Of a stretch of DNA of 64,000 bases, positions 18,571 to 27,176 are shown piece after piece. Source of the DNA: a virus. A program made the translations under genes and the position numbers. The notes under the pieces are model-generated. The model ran no database searches and was not told where the DNA came from. It saw only the letters and a list, made by a program, of their open reading frames with translations. Where the stretch lies: IMG/VR virus record IMGVR_UViG_3300034069_000619, positions 1 to 64,000 of that record. One strand, written 5' to 3'. Numbering within the stretch: position 1 is the first letter of the stretch; the number at the start of each line of letters is the position of its first letter.

Positions 18571-18594
18571 CCTCTCTGGCGGTAGTCTGAGAGG
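18571..18594 (+). promoter_or_regulatory. hairpin presenting an ops-like 12-mer GGCGGTAGTCTG (18578-18589)
   Basis: Stem CCTCTC/GAGAGG. The 12-mer spans most of the 12-nt loop (18577-88) and its last base is the first base of the 3' stem arm. It matches GGCGGTAGnnTG at all specified positions. Lies in the 283-nt leader before the sheath gene. Confidence 0.4.
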
Positions 18595-18602
18595 TAATTC
18601 GC

Positions 18603-18624
18603 GCGGGCCGGGCGCTACTCCGGC
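18603..18624 (+). repeat. 22-nt leader box GCGGGCCGGGCGCTACTCCGGC (copy A)
   Basis: 21 of 22 nt identical to 40372-40393. Can form a GCCGG-N8-CCGGC hairpin. Confidence 0.5.
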
Positions 18625-18845
18625 ACTTATCGTTCGGGCTTAGCTGCCGCGACATCGCTGCCTACAGCTTCACGTCCATCTTCCCGCGGGTTCGCTCCCC
18701 CGCCGCCGCGCGACAGACACCCGACCGGAACCTAACCGGCGTGCAGTGACCGAAGTCACTGTGCATTCGCTCTGCCACGGCTGTCTGCCGCTGGAAGTAC
18801 CACGCCGCCTTTTGCTCGGCAAATCTCAAGGATTAAGGCCAAAAG

Positions 18846-20801
18846 ATGGCAACCATCCCAGCTAGTCAGATCGTCTACATCAACCCCGGCGTCCTCGCTG
18901 CGGGTGGAAACGGCCTCGTCCTCAACGGGTTGATGCTGACGAACTCCACCCGCGTGCCGATCGGCACCGTGCCGTCGTTCCCGACCGCGGCTTCCGTCGG
19001 CGCGTTCTTCGGCCTGTCGTCGCCCGAGTATGCAAAGGCGCAGAGCTACTTCCTCGGCTTCGACGATTCGACGAAGAAGCCCACCGCGCTGCTGTTCGCG
19101 CAGTACCCGTCCTCGGCTGTCTCGGCGTGGCTCAAGTCTGCCCCGATCATCGGCATTCCGCTCACGACCCTGCAAGGGCTGAACCAGAGCCTCACGGTCG
19201 TGTTCGATGGCCAGCCGCGCACCGCGACAGTGAACCTCGCTGGCGCCACCTCCTACAGCGCTGTGGCGGCCCTCATCCAGTCGGCTCTCAACGGCACGCA
19301 GGTCAGCGACGCGACCTTTACGGGCGCCATCGCCACGCAGAACGCTTCGTTCATCGGATCCATCGCTGGTAACACGCTGTCGGTCTCGACCGTGTCGTCC
19401 GGTTCTCTGGCGCCTGGCGCCGCCGTGACCGGCGCCGCGAACGGCACCACCATCACGAGCCAGATCAGCGGCACGACCGGCGGCGCCGGCACCTACATCG
19501 TCTCGGTGCCTCAGCAGCTCGCCGCGACGGCCCTGACGGCGACCTATGGTGTCCTGACGGTCTCTGCCGTCGCTTCGGGCACCATCAGCACCGGCCAGAC
19601 TGTCGTGGCGTCCGGCGTCACCAACGGGACACAAATCACGGGCCTGGGAACGGGTACGGGCCTCGCGGGCACCTACTATGTCTCCCCCGCCCAGACTGTC
19701 GCTTCCGGCACGCTGCAGACCATCGCCACGCCGATCACGGCGTCGTTCGACAGCGTGACGGGTTCGCTGGTCCTCTACTCGGGTGATGTCGGCGCTTCGG
19801 CCTCGGCTGGTTATGCCTCGGGTGCTCTCGCTACCTCGCTTGGCCTGACGCAGGCGTCCGGCGCGACTCTGAGCCAGGGGGCAGATGGCGCTCAGCCCAT
19901 CGCGTTCATGTCGAGCATCGTCAGCGTGACTCAGAACTGGGCCTCGTTCATGACACTGTTCGACCCGGATGGTGGCAACGGCTCCAACGCTCAGAAGCTC
20001 GCCTTCGCGCAGTGGGTCAACTCGACCAACAAGCGTTATATGTACGTCTGCCGCGACACCGATCCGCAGCCGGCGCTCAGCAACGCGGCGTCCACCAGCC
20101 TCGGCGCCCTCATCCGTGCGGGCAACCTGTCGGGCACCTACCTCATGTGGGAGCCGGCTGGTCTGAACCCGGTCGGTGGTCCCTGGAACCACGCCGCGTT
20201 CATCACGTCGATCCCGGCCAGCATCGACTTCGATGCCACGAACGGTCGGACCACGTTCGACTTCAAGGCTCAGACCGGCCTCTATGCCGCCGTCACGGAC
20301 GTCACCACGGCGACCAACCTGAAGGCGAACGGCTACAACTTCTATGGCGCCTATGGCACGGCGAACCAGACCTTCGTGTTCAACGACGATGGTGAGATTT
20401 CTGGTCCGTTCACCCGGGCCGACACCTACGTCAACCAGATCTGGATGAACAACGGCTTCCAGCTTTCGTTCATGCTGCTGCTGACCACGCTGAAGTCGAT
20501 CCCCTACAATATGCAGGGCTATGACCTCATCCGCGCCGCCGGCCAGGACGTCATCAACCGCGCTCTGAACTTCGGCGCGATCCGCGCTGGCGTGGCGCTG
20601 AGCCAGCTTCAGAAGTCGGCCCTGCTCACGGCGGCCGGCAAGGATATCTCGGCGGCGCTCTACCAGAACGGGTACTACTTCCAGGTTCTGGATGCCGACC
20701 CGCAGGTTCGGCAGGCGCGTGCCTCGCCGCCGTGCAATTTCTGGTATATGGACGGCGGTTCCGTCCAGCGCATTACCCTCAACTCCGTCGCTGTTTTGTG
20801 A
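18846..20801 (+). CDS. tail sheath protein (DUF3383-like) with two inserted repeat modules
   Basis: N-terminus MATIPASQIVYINPGVLAAGG matches the DUF3383 sheath pattern. 651 aa, followed by the tube gene. Confidence 0.75.
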   Translation: MATIPASQIVYINPGVLAAGGNGLVLNGLMLTNSTRVPIGTVPSFPTAASVGAFFGLSSPEYAKAQSYFLGFDDSTKKPTALLFAQYPSSAVSAWLKSAPIIGIPLTTLQGLNQSLTVVFDGQPRTATVNLAGATSYSAVAALIQSALNGTQVSDATFTGAIATQNASFIGSIAGNTLSVSTVSSGSLAPGAAVTGAANGTTITSQISGTTGGAGTYIVSVPQQLAATALTATYGVLTVSAVASGTISTGQTVVASGVTNGTQITGLGTGTGLAGTYYVSPAQTVASGTLQTIATPITASFDSVTGSLVLYSGDVGASASAGYASGALATSLGLTQASGATLSQGADGAQPIAFMSSIVSVTQNWASFMTLFDPDGGNGSNAQKLAFAQWVNSTNKRYMYVCRDTDPQPALSNAASTSLGALIRAGNLSGTYLMWEPAGLNPVGGPWNHAAFITSIPASIDFDATNGRTTFDFKAQTGLYAAVTDVTTATNLKANGYNFYGAYGTANQTFVFNDDGEISGPFTRADTYVNQIWMNNGFQLSFMLLLTTLKSIPYNMQGYDLIRAAGQDVINRALNFGAIRAGVALSQLQKSALLTAAGKDISAALYQNGYYFQVLDADPQVRQARASPPCNFWYMDGGSVQRITLNSVAVL

Positions 20802-20818
20802 TCGGGAGCCGATAGTCT

Positions 20819-21268
20819 ATGACCACGATCACTGCAGCCTCAATCGTCCTCACCATCACGGTGGAGACGTACTCGCCTGCCCCTCAGACCATCCAGGGCT
20901 TCAGCCCCGACAACGTGACGGACGGCGAGGCGCAGACCATCGCCGAAATGCAGATGGGCGTCGATGGCTATGCCACCGCCGGCTTCTACAACGTGCCCTT
21001 CGTGCACACGATCGAACTAATGGGCGACTCGCCAAGCTGCGCCTTCTTCGACGGCTGGTATGCCGCTCAGCAGGTGCTCAACGGCGGCGCTGGCGACATC
21101 CTCTACGCCACGCAGGGTTCAATTCTCTATCCCGGCCTCGGCAAGCGGGTTGATCTCACCCGCGGCGTGCTGACGAGCTACAAGCCTGTCCCTCAGGGTC
21201 AGCGCTTGCTTCGCCCTCGCCCCTTCACCATCACATGGGGCCAGCGCACGCCCATGACTGTGGTCTGA
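20819..21268 (+). CDS. tail tube protein (DUF3277-like)
   Basis: 149 aa, directly after the sheath gene. Confidence 0.65.
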   Translation: MTTITAASIVLTITVETYSPAPQTIQGFSPDNVTDGEAQTIAEMQMGVDGYATAGFYNVPFVHTIELMGDSPSCAFFDGWYAAQQVLNGGAGDILYATQGSILYPGLGKRVDLTRGVLTSYKPVPQGQRLLRPRPFTITWGQRTPMTVV

Positions 21269-21277
21269 GGCTGACCA

Positions 21278-21772
21278 ATGCGCAAGTCGGTTGAGGTTCG
21301 CATCGGGCCTGAGGGTGGGCGTGATGCGGGCAAGGTGTTCGTCATCACCGAGATGTCGGCGACCGCTGCGGAGAAGTGGGGCCTGCGCGCGATGCAGGCG
21401 CTCCTCAAGTCCGGCGTAGACATTCCCGAAGACCCCAAGACCATGTCGCTCGCCCTCGTGGCGGCGATCGGGTTCAAGGCGCTGGCGTCGATCTCAAATG
21501 ACGAGGTGGATTGGCTGTTTGACCGCCTCATGGACTGCGTGGCGTTCATCCCCGATCCATCACGCCCCGAGGTGTGGCGCGGTGTCGGCCTTCGTCAGGG
21601 TGCTACAGCACCGAATGGTCCACTGATGGAAAACGACATCGAGGAAGCCAAGACCCGCCTACAGCTCAAGGCGGAGGCATTCGAGGTGACGTTGGGTTTT
21701 TCGATGGCCGCCGTCCGCTCGATCTTCGCTCCTCAGCCGGCGGCAGCGGTCGCGAGCCCGACCACACGATAA
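21278..21772 (+). CDS. tail assembly chaperone (short form)
   Basis: 164-aa ORF between the tube and tape measure genes. Confidence 0.65.
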   Translation: MRKSVEVRIGPEGGRDAGKVFVITEMSATAAEKWGLRAMQALLKSGVDIPEDPKTMSLALVAAIGFKALASISNDEVDWLFDRLMDCVAFIPDPSRPEVWRGVGLRQGATAPNGPLMENDIEEAKTRLQLKAEAFEVTLGFSMAAVRSIFAPQPAAAVASPTTR

Positions 21773-21942
21773 ACGTTCCTCGCGTCATCGGCATGCTGGT
21801 GCCTGAATATGGATCGCTGCACGAGTTCGCAACGATCTACAGCGCCGAGGACATGTACGACATGCTTGAGATCGCCGCTGTGCGGGCTCACAATCAGGCT
21901 GAGGCACATGCCGAGGCCGCCAGGAAGGCGAAGCAGGCGTGA
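21278..21942 (+). CDS. tail assembly chaperone, -1 frameshift fusion product (long form)
   Basis: A slip at 21694-21700 joins the frame of 21278 to the frame of ORF 21574-21942. The product ends 4 nt into the tape measure gene. Confidence 0.55.
21694..21700 (+). promoter_or_regulatory. -1 programmed frameshift slippery heptamer G_GGT_TTT
   Basis: The zero-frame codons are ttG GGT TTT. The -1 frame stays open to 21942 (..VGFFDGRR..). Confidence 0.6.
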
Positions 21943-24827
21943 ACGTTGTAGACAGCCTCATCGTCTCGCTCGGCATCGACGCCACCCCCCTTCAGAAGGG
22001 TGCGCGGGATGCGACGGCTGCTGCTGCATCCATGGCGGCTGGCCTCACGGTCGAAGCTGGTCGGGGTGAGAAGGCGCAGTCCGACGCCGCGCTCAAGATC
22101 GTTCGGGCGCTGGAGCGCATCGCCGACGCCGGCGAGAAGACAACCACAGAGGGAGAAAAACAGGGCAAGCGTCTTGTCGACGCCAATCGGTCGTCCACGG
22201 AAAGCGTCGCGGCGCTCGGCAGGCAGTTTCTCGGTCTCTATGCGCTGCTGACGGCTGGCAAGGGCGTCAAGCAGTTCGTCGAGGACATCACCTCGGCAGA
22301 TGCGGCGCTCGGCCGGACGGCGCACAACCTCGACATGTCGGGGAAGAACCTGTCGGCTTGGCAGAACGCCGCTACCGTGGCAGGCGGCTCCGCCGAGGGC
22401 ATCACCGGTACGCTGAAAGGGCTGACGTCGGAGATGCAGAAGGCTGCCCTCACGGGGCAGTCCGGCATCATCCCTGTGTTCCGGGCGCTCGGCATCAACC
22501 TTGCTGACGCCAAAGGAAAGGCCCGCGACGCGGGTGACGTCCTCGTCGACCTGAACCGTAAGGCTCAGGGAATGGACCCCGCTCGGTTTACCGAGCTGGC
22601 CCACATGGCGGGCATCGACGACGGTACGATTGCCTTGCTCGAAAAGAGCACGGCCGAGTTCGACAAACTGCGCGCCGAGGAACAGAAGTACGCGGCGACG
22701 GCCGAGGACATCGACGCAGCTCAGCAGCGCCAGTCCGGCTGGCGGCAGCTTCTCATCACCTCGACGTCGCTAGGCCGCACAATCCTGACGGCCCTGACGC
22801 CGGCCATCACGACGGCCATGACGGCTATCCAGCGGTGGACCGACGCCAATCAGGAGTGGATCAAGACTAAGGTCGTCGAATATGCGGAGCGCTTCGGCGA
22901 GTGGGTCAAGTCTGTCGACTGGGACAAGGTCGGGACGGACCTAGAGACCATCGCCACGAATGTGGGCTCGGTGGCCAGCGCCTTCGCCAGCGCCGTGAAA
23001 GGCGTCGATAGCGATAGCCCGCTGTTCAAGGCTTTTGAAGCCTTCGGCGTCATGCTTGCGGGGAGCGTGTTGGCGAGGCTTACGGGCATTTCATCAGCCC
23101 TCGCGCTCCTGGGCGGAGCAGCTCTGCCGCGGTGGATGTCGGGGCTGCTGACAAATCCGGTTGTGCTTGGAACGGCTGCCGTGGTCGCTGGTGCGACTGC
23201 CGAGAGCACGCCAGGTGCAGGCGTTCCCGCTGATCCGGTGGAGCGTGCCAAGGTTGCCGAGCAGAACCAGCGCGATACCGACGCCGCGAATGCCAAGCTC
23301 GGCCAGGGCAAGGGCTTCTGGACCGATACCCTGAATTACATCAAAGGCAAGCTCGGTTTCGGCGACGATCCCAAGCTCAAGGAAGGCATCTCCGATACGG
23401 CGAAGGCCACGGGGGAGATGCGGGATATCCTTAAGGCGCAGCGCGAAGGCGTCGGAGGCACCAGCTTTAGCGGCGTCACTGAGTCCAGTGGTGGCACGGG
23501 TGGGAGCGGTCGGCACTTCTCCGGCGAGACCGCGCCTGGCGCCCAGCCAATCGACCGCGCTCGCGGGCGCCATGGTGGTGGGGGCGGTGGTGCTGCTCCT
23601 GCCGTAAACGGTGGTGGCGGCGGCGTTGGACCAGCAGATGCGAATCTGCCTGTGGGCAATGTGCCAGGTGCCACGGGCTACGGCACCATCAACGCCTACT
23701 GGAAGGGGCCACTCGACAAGCGGGGCGAGGGCGGACACACTGGCCCGAAGGAAATGTTCGACTATCTCAAGTCGCAGGGCGCCACGGATAACGAGGCGCT
23801 GCTTCTCACCGGGTCCGCGGCCAGCGAGTCCAGCTTTAATCCGAATGCCGTTCATGATAACGGAACAGGGCATGGATTGTTTGGCCACAAAGATACGCGT
23901 CTAGATATGCGCGGTAAGAACTGGCAGCAGCAGTCGGTTTTGGCTCTTGCCGAAGTTCGTCGCACTCTTGGCAGGCATCTCAGCGCAGCTCGCACACCAG
24001 AAGAGCTTACCGACGTCGAGATGCACAACGAACGTCCGCGGGGGTACAAGCCCAACAATCCTCGGGCTGGCGATAACTACATGGGCCGGCTTAATTCGAT
24101 CCGCCGGTTCAGTGTTCTCACTGGCCATCCGACAGCCACGGCGCCCATCCCCGCCGGAACTTCCGCTCAGGCCGTGTCGGATGCCGAGGTTTTTGCGGCT
24201 CGTCAGCGCATCACCAACGGCGGCCGCGATCCGAAAGACCGCGTCATCGTGGAGCGGTATCAAGCCCAGCAGGCACTGCCGTTGCCGCCTGCACAAACTC
24301 CGCCCGTGCCGGTGCCGAAGACAACGACCACGACGACGGCAGTTCCGCCTTCGCTTGACGTGCCGAGGCAGAAACTTGCGGATGCGATGAACGGTGCGCC
24401 TAATCTCACGGTGAACCATGCCGTTCGGCAGATCATGCAGTCGCTCGCGCACGCTCGGCGTCTCACCACCCACGCCAATGACAACCGCCCTGTCTCTGTC
24501 GAAGTCACGGAGCGGAGCGCCGAGCGCATTGGTAAGAGTGGTCGGGAGATGCTGCATGACCGCCGCTGGGGGGCTCATCGTGCCCACGTTGACCATGCTC
24601 TGGCGCGGTCACACGTAGCATTCTACGGCAACATGGCGCGGGTCGCCGCGGCCGGCCCGACGCAGAACCACACCGTCCATCACACGACGAATAACAGCTA
24701 CGAGAGCCGCGTCGGCGAGATGCACGTCCACCCGCAGACCACGGATGGTCGACGCTTCGCTGATGAGTTCCGCCAGGACATGATGCGGCGCGGTGACGTG
24801 GTTCAGTCGAATGGGGCTTTGGCCTGA
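21939..24827 (+). CDS. tape measure protein with C-proximal lysozyme-like domain
   Basis: 962 aa, helical and Gly-rich. Motif GSAASESSFNPNAVHDNGTGHGLFGHKDTRLDM at about 23800-23900. Confidence 0.85.
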   Translation: MNVVDSLIVSLGIDATPLQKGARDATAAAASMAAGLTVEAGRGEKAQSDAALKIVRALERIADAGEKTTTEGEKQGKRLVDANRSSTESVAALGRQFLGLYALLTAGKGVKQFVEDITSADAALGRTAHNLDMSGKNLSAWQNAATVAGGSAEGITGTLKGLTSEMQKAALTGQSGIIPVFRALGINLADAKGKARDAGDVLVDLNRKAQGMDPARFTELAHMAGIDDGTIALLEKSTAEFDKLRAEEQKYAATAEDIDAAQQRQSGWRQLLITSTSLGRTILTALTPAITTAMTAIQRWTDANQEWIKTKVVEYAERFGEWVKSVDWDKVGTDLETIATNVGSVASAFASAVKGVDSDSPLFKAFEAFGVMLAGSVLARLTGISSALALLGGAALPRWMSGLLTNPVVLGTAAVVAGATAESTPGAGVPADPVERAKVAEQNQRDTDAANAKLGQGKGFWTDTLNYIKGKLGFGDDPKLKEGISDTAKATGEMRDILKAQREGVGGTSFSGVTESSGGTGGSGRHFSGETAPGAQPIDRARGRHGGGGGGAAPAVNGGGGGVGPADANLPVGNVPGATGYGTINAYWKGPLDKRGEGGHTGPKEMFDYLKSQGATDNEALLLTGSAASESSFNPNAVHDNGTGHGLFGHKDTRLDMRGKNWQQQSVLALAEVRRTLGRHLSAARTPEELTDVEMHNERPRGYKPNNPRAGDNYMGRLNSIRRFSVLTGHPTATAPIPAGTSAQAVSDAEVFAARQRITNGGRDPKDRVIVERYQAQQALPLPPAQTPPVPVPKTTTTTTAVPPSLDVPRQKLADAMNGAPNLTVNHAVRQIMQSLAHARRLTTHANDNRPVSVEVTERSAERIGKSGREMLHDRRWGAHRAHVDHALARSHVAFYGNMARVAAAGPTQNHTVHHTTNNSYESRVGEMHVHPQTTDGRRFADEFRQDMMRRGDVVQSNGALA

Positions 24828-25465
24828 TGGCTGACATCCTCGACATCGCTTCCGCTGCTGGCCTGCCTGACATCTTGTTCGGCAGCGTCATCGCGGCGCC
24901 GATCCCGCTCGTGGCAGATGCTCTCACGGCGCTCGCCGCCCTCGGCCCGCAGCCTTGGGGCATCTACTCCGGTGGCGCCCCTGTGGTGATCGCTGACACT
25001 GTTGTGGATCTTGGGTACGTTAAAGGCTACACGATCAGCGATTACCCGATTGAGGATGGTGGGTTTGCGTCCTACGACAAAGTCGAGCTGCCATACGAAG
25101 GGCGAGTCCGTTTTGTGTCGGGTGGCTCACCCAGCGTGAGGCAAGCGCTGCTCGGGAGCGTAGAAGGCATCATCGGCGATCTGAACCTCTACGACGTGGT
25201 CACGCCGGACGAGGTCTACGTCAACGCCAACCTCGTCAGGATGGAATACCGTCGCTCCAATCAGGAAGGCGGAGGTTCTTTGCTGGCGATGGATGTCAGC
25301 GTGCAGGAGGTCAGGGTCTCATCTGACGGCGGCACATCCGGCACCGCCGATCCCGCGAGCGCCGACCAGCAGAACGGTGGCACCGTCCAGCCTCAAGGCA
25401 CGGTTGGTCTGCCGTTCGCCGTGACGGACGGCATCGACCAGACCCCTTCAACCGGCGGTAGCTGA
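24827..25465 (+). CDS. hypothetical distal-tail/baseplate protein
   Basis: 212-aa ORF; its ATG overlaps the upstream TGA. Confidence 0.5.
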   Translation: MADILDIASAAGLPDILFGSVIAAPIPLVADALTALAALGPQPWGIYSGGAPVVIADTVVDLGYVKGYTISDYPIEDGGFASYDKVELPYEGRVRFVSGGSPSVRQALLGSVEGIIGDLNLYDVVTPDEVYVNANLVRMEYRRSNQEGGGSLLAMDVSVQEVRVSSDGGTSGTADPASADQQNGGTVQPQGTVGLPFAVTDGIDQTPSTGGS

Positions 25466-25767
25466 TGCAGATCATCCCGCTCAAGGCTGCACCCAACCAG
25501 ACCGTCACGGTGGGGCTCAGCGGCCAGGTCTGCCAGATCAACGTGCGGCAGCGTCGGACAGGCTTGTTCCTCGACCTCTACGTGGCCAACGTGCTCGTGA
25601 TTGCCGGGGTGCTATGTCAAGACCGGAACCCAATGGTGCGCTCAGCCTATCTCGGGTTCACAGGCGACCTGTCTTGGATCGACACGCAAGGAACGGACGA
25701 TCCGACCTACGATGGTGTCGGATCGCGGTGGTTCCTGACCTATCTGACTGCGGCCGACTTCTCGTAG
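25465..25767 (+). CDS. hypothetical baseplate-module protein
   Basis: 100-aa ORF; its ATG overlaps the upstream TGA. Confidence 0.5.
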   Translation: MQIIPLKAAPNQTVTVGLSGQVCQINVRQRRTGLFLDLYVANVLVIAGVLCQDRNPMVRSAYLGFTGDLSWIDTQGTDDPTYDGVGSRWFLTYLTAADFS

Positions 25768-25928
25768 GCATGCGGGAACCAGGGCTTGGCGCTCTGCCCG
25801 TCTACGACGTAGACGATCACGAGTAGGACAAGGGAGAAACTCAGTTTCACCACCAGCCAAAACAGGCGCGGCAGAATGATCGCGACGAAGGCCGCGACGA
25901 TCACGATCGGGCCAATGATCAGGATCAT
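25740..25928 (-). CDS. small two-TM membrane protein (moron)
   Basis: 62 aa, MILIIGPIVIVAAFVAIILPRLFWLVVKLSFSLVLLVIVYVV. ATGA overlap with the upstream reverse-strand gene. Confidence 0.5.
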   Translation of the reverse strand: MILIIGPIVIVAAFVAIILPRLFWLVVKLSFSLVLLVIVYVVDGQSAKPWFPHAYEKSAAVR

Positions 25929-26245
25929 TCGGGCATCTCAATTGTGGACGATCCCTGGTCGGCTTCGACGTGGATCTCAATGGGGTCGCAATCGAACATC
26001 CTCATGCGAATCTGCTGTCCGAAGCGCATCGGGTGGGGGTAAGATCCATCCATGGTGGCGTGGCAAGCGCCGCGGTTCAGTTCGATGTGTCGGATATCCA
26101 GCGCGTCGCTGCGGTTCGTCAGGATGACGTCCCACATGGTACCCCCATCTCCGATCGGCATCTTGCGGACACTGATCGGCAATTCCTGCGCTGTGGCAGG
26201 GGCGACCATGAGACCGCAGAAAGCAGCAGCGTACAGCCAGCGCAT
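25925..26245 (-). CDS. small secreted protein (moron)
   Basis: Signal-peptide-like MRWLYAAAFCGLMVAPATAQE. ATG 26269 is an alternative start. Reverse strand inside the tail module. Confidence 0.55.
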   Translation of the reverse strand: MRWLYAAAFCGLMVAPATAQELPISVRKMPIGDGGTMWDVILTNRSDALDIRHIELNRGACHATMDGSYPHPMRFGQQIRMRMFDCDPIEIHVEADQGSSTIEMPE

Positions 26246-26296
26246 GTGAGCCCTCGTGTGGGGCGGCATTGAGCACACCTCTTGAGGTAACGCAAC

Positions 26297-27175
26297 GTGG
26301 CGTTCACGCAGAAGATCATTGAGGTCGATTTTTCCCTGGCCCAGGGTAATTTTCAGGGCGGCGGGAACAGCCACACCGCGAGCGGTATGAGGATCACGGC
26401 CGATATCGTGAAGGCCGGTGGCGCATCCATGGGGGCGGCTCAGGTCTCGATCTACGGACTGCCGCTCTCGGTCATGAACCAGCTATCGACATACGGCATG
26501 ACCCTGACCCTGACGGGGAAGAACTCCATCACTGTCAAGGCCGGAGACGACGCGAGCCAACTCACGACTGTGTTTCAGGGCACGATCGCCTCGGCCGCGA
26601 TGGACGGACAGGCGCAGCCGAATGTCGCTTTCCATGTCGAAGCTTATGCCTCGGCGTTCGAGAATGCCAAGCCTGTCGAGCCCACGTCAATGCCGGGTAG
26701 CCAAGACGTCAGCACCCTCATGAGCACGATCGCTCAGAAGGCGGGTCTGCAGTTCGAGAACAACGGCGTAGACGGCAAAATCATGAACCCGTACCTGCCT
26801 GGCACCGCCGTGCAGCAGATGCATGCGCTCGCTGAGGCCGCGCGCATTGAGCGGGTGATCGACTGTGGCACGTTGGCCATTTGGAAGCCTGGGCAGTCGC
26901 GGCAAGGAGGCGGCGGCACGGTGTCCACCACCTACTCCCCACAGACGGGGCTGGTCGCCTACCCCACGTTCAATTCCCAAGGCGTCGTCTTTCGAGCGTT
27001 GTGGGATCCCGGCATACAGTACGGCTCCAAGATCACGATCCAGAGCAGCATGACGCCAGCTTGCGGGGAGTGGGTCATCTACAAACTCGAATATGCGCTG
27101 TCCTGCCTGACCCCGAACGGGCCGTGGTTCTGTGACGTTTGGGCGGCTCGCCCTGGCCAGCAGCCGGTGGCTTAA
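26297..27175 (+). CDS. baseplate hub-like protein
   Basis: 292-aa ORF with a GTG start, positioned before the spike gene. Confidence 0.55.
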   Translation: MAFTQKIIEVDFSLAQGNFQGGGNSHTASGMRITADIVKAGGASMGAAQVSIYGLPLSVMNQLSTYGMTLTLTGKNSITVKAGDDASQLTTVFQGTIASAAMDGQAQPNVAFHVEAYASAFENAKPVEPTSMPGSQDVSTLMSTIAQKAGLQFENNGVDGKIMNPYLPGTAVQQMHALAEAARIERVIDCGTLAIWKPGQSRQGGGGTVSTTYSPQTGLVAYPTFNSQGVVFRALWDPGIQYGSKITIQSSMTPACGEWVIYKLEYALSCLTPNGPWFCDVWAARPGQQPVA

Positions 27176-27176
27176 T

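Noticed and set aside
25454-25465. Second GGCGGTAG core (GGCGGTAGCTGA) at a late gene junction
   Set aside because: Only the 8-nt core matches, and the distal TG is displaced by one nt. An 8-mer is expected by chance about once per strand in this window. It is mentioned only as context for the full 12-mer at 18578.
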